Of a stretch of 64,000 nt of DNA, positions 62,441-64,000 are shown one piece after another; the first letter of the stretch is position 1; each line of letters starts with the position of its first letter. Origin of the DNA: a virus (taxonomy: Duplodnaviria > Caudoviricetes). A program made the translations under genes and the position numbers. The notes under the pieces were generated by a model. That model saw only the letters and a list, made by a program, of their open reading frames with translations, had not been told where the DNA came from and did no database searches. Location of the stretch: positions 1 through 64,000 of IMG/VR virus record IMGVR_UViG_3300020191_000008; one strand, written 5' to 3'.

Positions 62441-64000
62441 TGTTTGAAGATTTTACAGTATATGATGATTGTGAACCTGCTGGAGTAGAACTTCCTAAAA
62501 CAGAGGTTTCTTCAAAAGTTTTGCAAAGCTTAGGTCTTGGTGAAAACAGCTCTACAAAAGAAATTATGTATGAGTTAACTCGCAAGGGTTTACGAGATAA
62601 GGGGATCACTAAATATAATAATAGAGATGCTTACTACGTAAGAGCCAAACAAGAATTGGAGACTTTTGAGGAGCTAGGGTTTACAGATTACATTTTGCTC
62701 AATTGGGATGTACTAAATTTCTGCCACGAGAATCATATTCCTACGGGAGCAGGTCGAGGATCTGCTGCTGGCTCTCTTGTTTTATATTTATTGGGAGTAA
62801 CTAATATTGATCCAATACCTCACAACTTATTCTTTGAGCGTTTCGTTTCAAAGAGTCGCGCTAAAAAAGTTTACGATAAGAGAAACAAGGAGTTTCTTGT
62901 TGGCAGTCTTCTTCCTGATGTTGATTCAGACATTAGTTATGAGCAGAGACAAAAGGTTATTCAGTATATTGAAGACAAACACAATGGCAGGACTGCAAAA
63001 ATTTTAACATTCAATACTTTTAGTTCCAAACTTTGTATTAGAGAAGCGACAAAGTATTTTGATGAAGCAAAAGAGGATCAGGCTAATTTTGTTAGTGACA
63101 TGATCCCAAAACTCCATGGCAAAGTTTCTTCTTTAGAGAATGCTAGAGAAGAGAATGAGAAGTTTGATCAGTGGGCAAAAAATCACAAAAGAACTTTTGT
63201 TAACGCCAAGAGAGTAGAGAATTTAATCAAGAACACTGGAGTCCATCCTTCTGGTATCGCGATCTGCTCGCAATCAATTGGCGATGTAGTTCCATTACAG
63301 AGAACTAAAGATGGAGATTTAGTTACTGGGTACAATATGCATGATGTTGCTGACCTGATGGTTAAGTTTGATATTCTTGGATTGAGGACTTTAACTATTG
63401 CTCACAGGACTTGTGAGAAGATAGGAATCAACATAGATGACATAGATCCCAATGATTCTTTTATTTATGAAAAGCTTCAAGATTACAACCATCCAGAAGG
63501 TCTTTTCCAAATTTCTGCTGACACAAACTTTAGAGTTTGTCAGGAGGTAAAACCACAAAATCTAAACGAACTTTCTGACGTTGTGGCTCTAGCACGGCCC
63601 GGAGCTCTACAATTTGTTGACGAATATATCACTCAAAAAGTGTCTCTCAAAAAGAGTGGATTACATGAAGATTTAGATGAGATTTTGTCTTGGTCAAAAA
63701 ATGTAATTCTATATCAAGAGCAATTGATGCAGATCGCAAATAAGGTTTTTGGTTTAACCTTGGAAGAAGCAGAGACTCTCCGTCGAATTGTTGGCAAGAA
63801 GAAGGTTGAGGAGATGCCTAAGTGGAAAGATAGAATTTATGATGCCGCAGAGGATTTAGGTTTGGATGGTGTAATTAGTGATTTCTACTGGACTGCACTT
63901 CAAGCTTCGGCAGATTATTCTTTTAACAAGTCTCATAGTTTTGCTTATGCTGAGTTAGCTGCTAAAACAGTTTATTTGAAATACAAGTATCCTAGAGAGT
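62440..64000 (+). CDS. dnaE: DNA polymerase III alpha catalytic part (truncated by window end; not in ORF track)
   Basis: Hand-translated from ATG 62440: GAGRGSAAGSLV, FERF, LPDVDSD, GVHPSG, KFDILGLRTL, RPG, FNKSH; open to the edge. Confidence 0.95.
   Translation, partial: MFEDFTVYDDCEPAGVELPKTEVSSKVLQSLGLGENSSTKEIMYELTRKGLRDKGITKYNNRDAYYVRAKQELETFEELGFTDYILLNWDVLNFCHENHIPTGAGRGSAAGSLVLYLLGVTNIDPIPHNLFFERFVSKSRAKKVYDKRNKEFLVGSLLPDVDSDISYEQRQKVIQYIEDKHNGRTAKILTFNTFSSKLCIREATKYFDEAKEDQANFVSDMIPKLHGKVSSLENAREENEKFDQWAKNHKRTFVNAKRVENLIKNTGVHPSGIAICSQSIGDVVPLQRTKDGDLVTGYNMHDVADLMVKFDILGLRTLTIAHRTCEKIGINIDDIDPNDSFIYEKLQDYNHPEGLFQISADTNFRVCQEVKPQNLNELSDVVALARPGALQFVDEYITQKVSLKKSGLHEDLDEILSWSKNVILYQEQLMQIANKVFGLTLEEAETLRRIVGKKKVEEMPKWKDRIYDAAEDLGLDGVISDFYWTALQASADYSFNKSHSFAYAELAAKTVYLKYKYPRE

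Noticed and set aside
1-64000. Stop-codon recoding (alternative genetic code)
   Set aside because: Core genes are full length under code 11, and TAA, TAG and TGA all end genes.
1-64000. tRNA or rRNA genes
   Set aside because: No cloverleaf with a T-loop GTTC(G/A)A(A/T)TC was seen in intergenic gaps; a tRNAscan run would be needed to exclude atypical ones.
12717-64000. Inteins or introns in terL, nrdA, recA, dnaB or dnaE
   Set aside because: Lengths are normal or short, with no C/S...HN splice motifs or LAGLIDADG inserts seen.

Overview
This window is a 64-kb segment of a large, AT-rich, tailed dsDNA phage (Caudoviricetes, probably siphovirus-like: tail tube and a 1522-aa tape measure, no sheath seen). 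It uses the standard genetic code, and I found no rRNA, tRNA, CRISPR array or integrase. (1) 1-8.9 kb is a leftward-transcribed accessory/early region of small genes (Gp88-like, DUF932, ParB/DGQHR-like, GH24 lysozyme, WYL-like). They are driven largely by sigma70-type promoters whose -10 box sits exactly 6 nt before the ATG, which implies leaderless mRNAs. (2) 9.0-40.2 kb runs rightward: PhoH, a sigma-like factor, an ERCC4 nuclease, terminase, portal, protease/scaffold, capsid, neck, tail tube, chaperones, tape measure and tail tip. (3) 40.2-47.5 kb runs mostly leftward: Rad52-like protein, glycosyltransferases, SSB and a second sigma factor. (4) 47.7-64 kb runs rightward: class I RNR, Hsp20, methyl/glycosyltransferases, Gmd, RecA, DnaB, DnaG, nucleases and a split DnaE. 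The most striking unexplained structure is in the early region. Four repeat units each carry two 25-bp palindromic boxes (TAA[C/G]TC-NN-TGA-NNN-TCA-NN-GA[G/C]TTA) exactly 50 bp apart around a polar GC-rich 25-bp spacer, and they bracket self-contained promoter-gene-terminator cassettes. Other highlights are an approximately 90-bp palindrome with five symmetrically spaced TACGTA boxes upstream of nrdB, a GTGTA motif upstream of 11 mostly late genes, a Cys-catalytic signal-anchored lysozyme and a possible nuclease domain inside the tape measure. All protein family calls come from motif recognition by eye; no database search was run.
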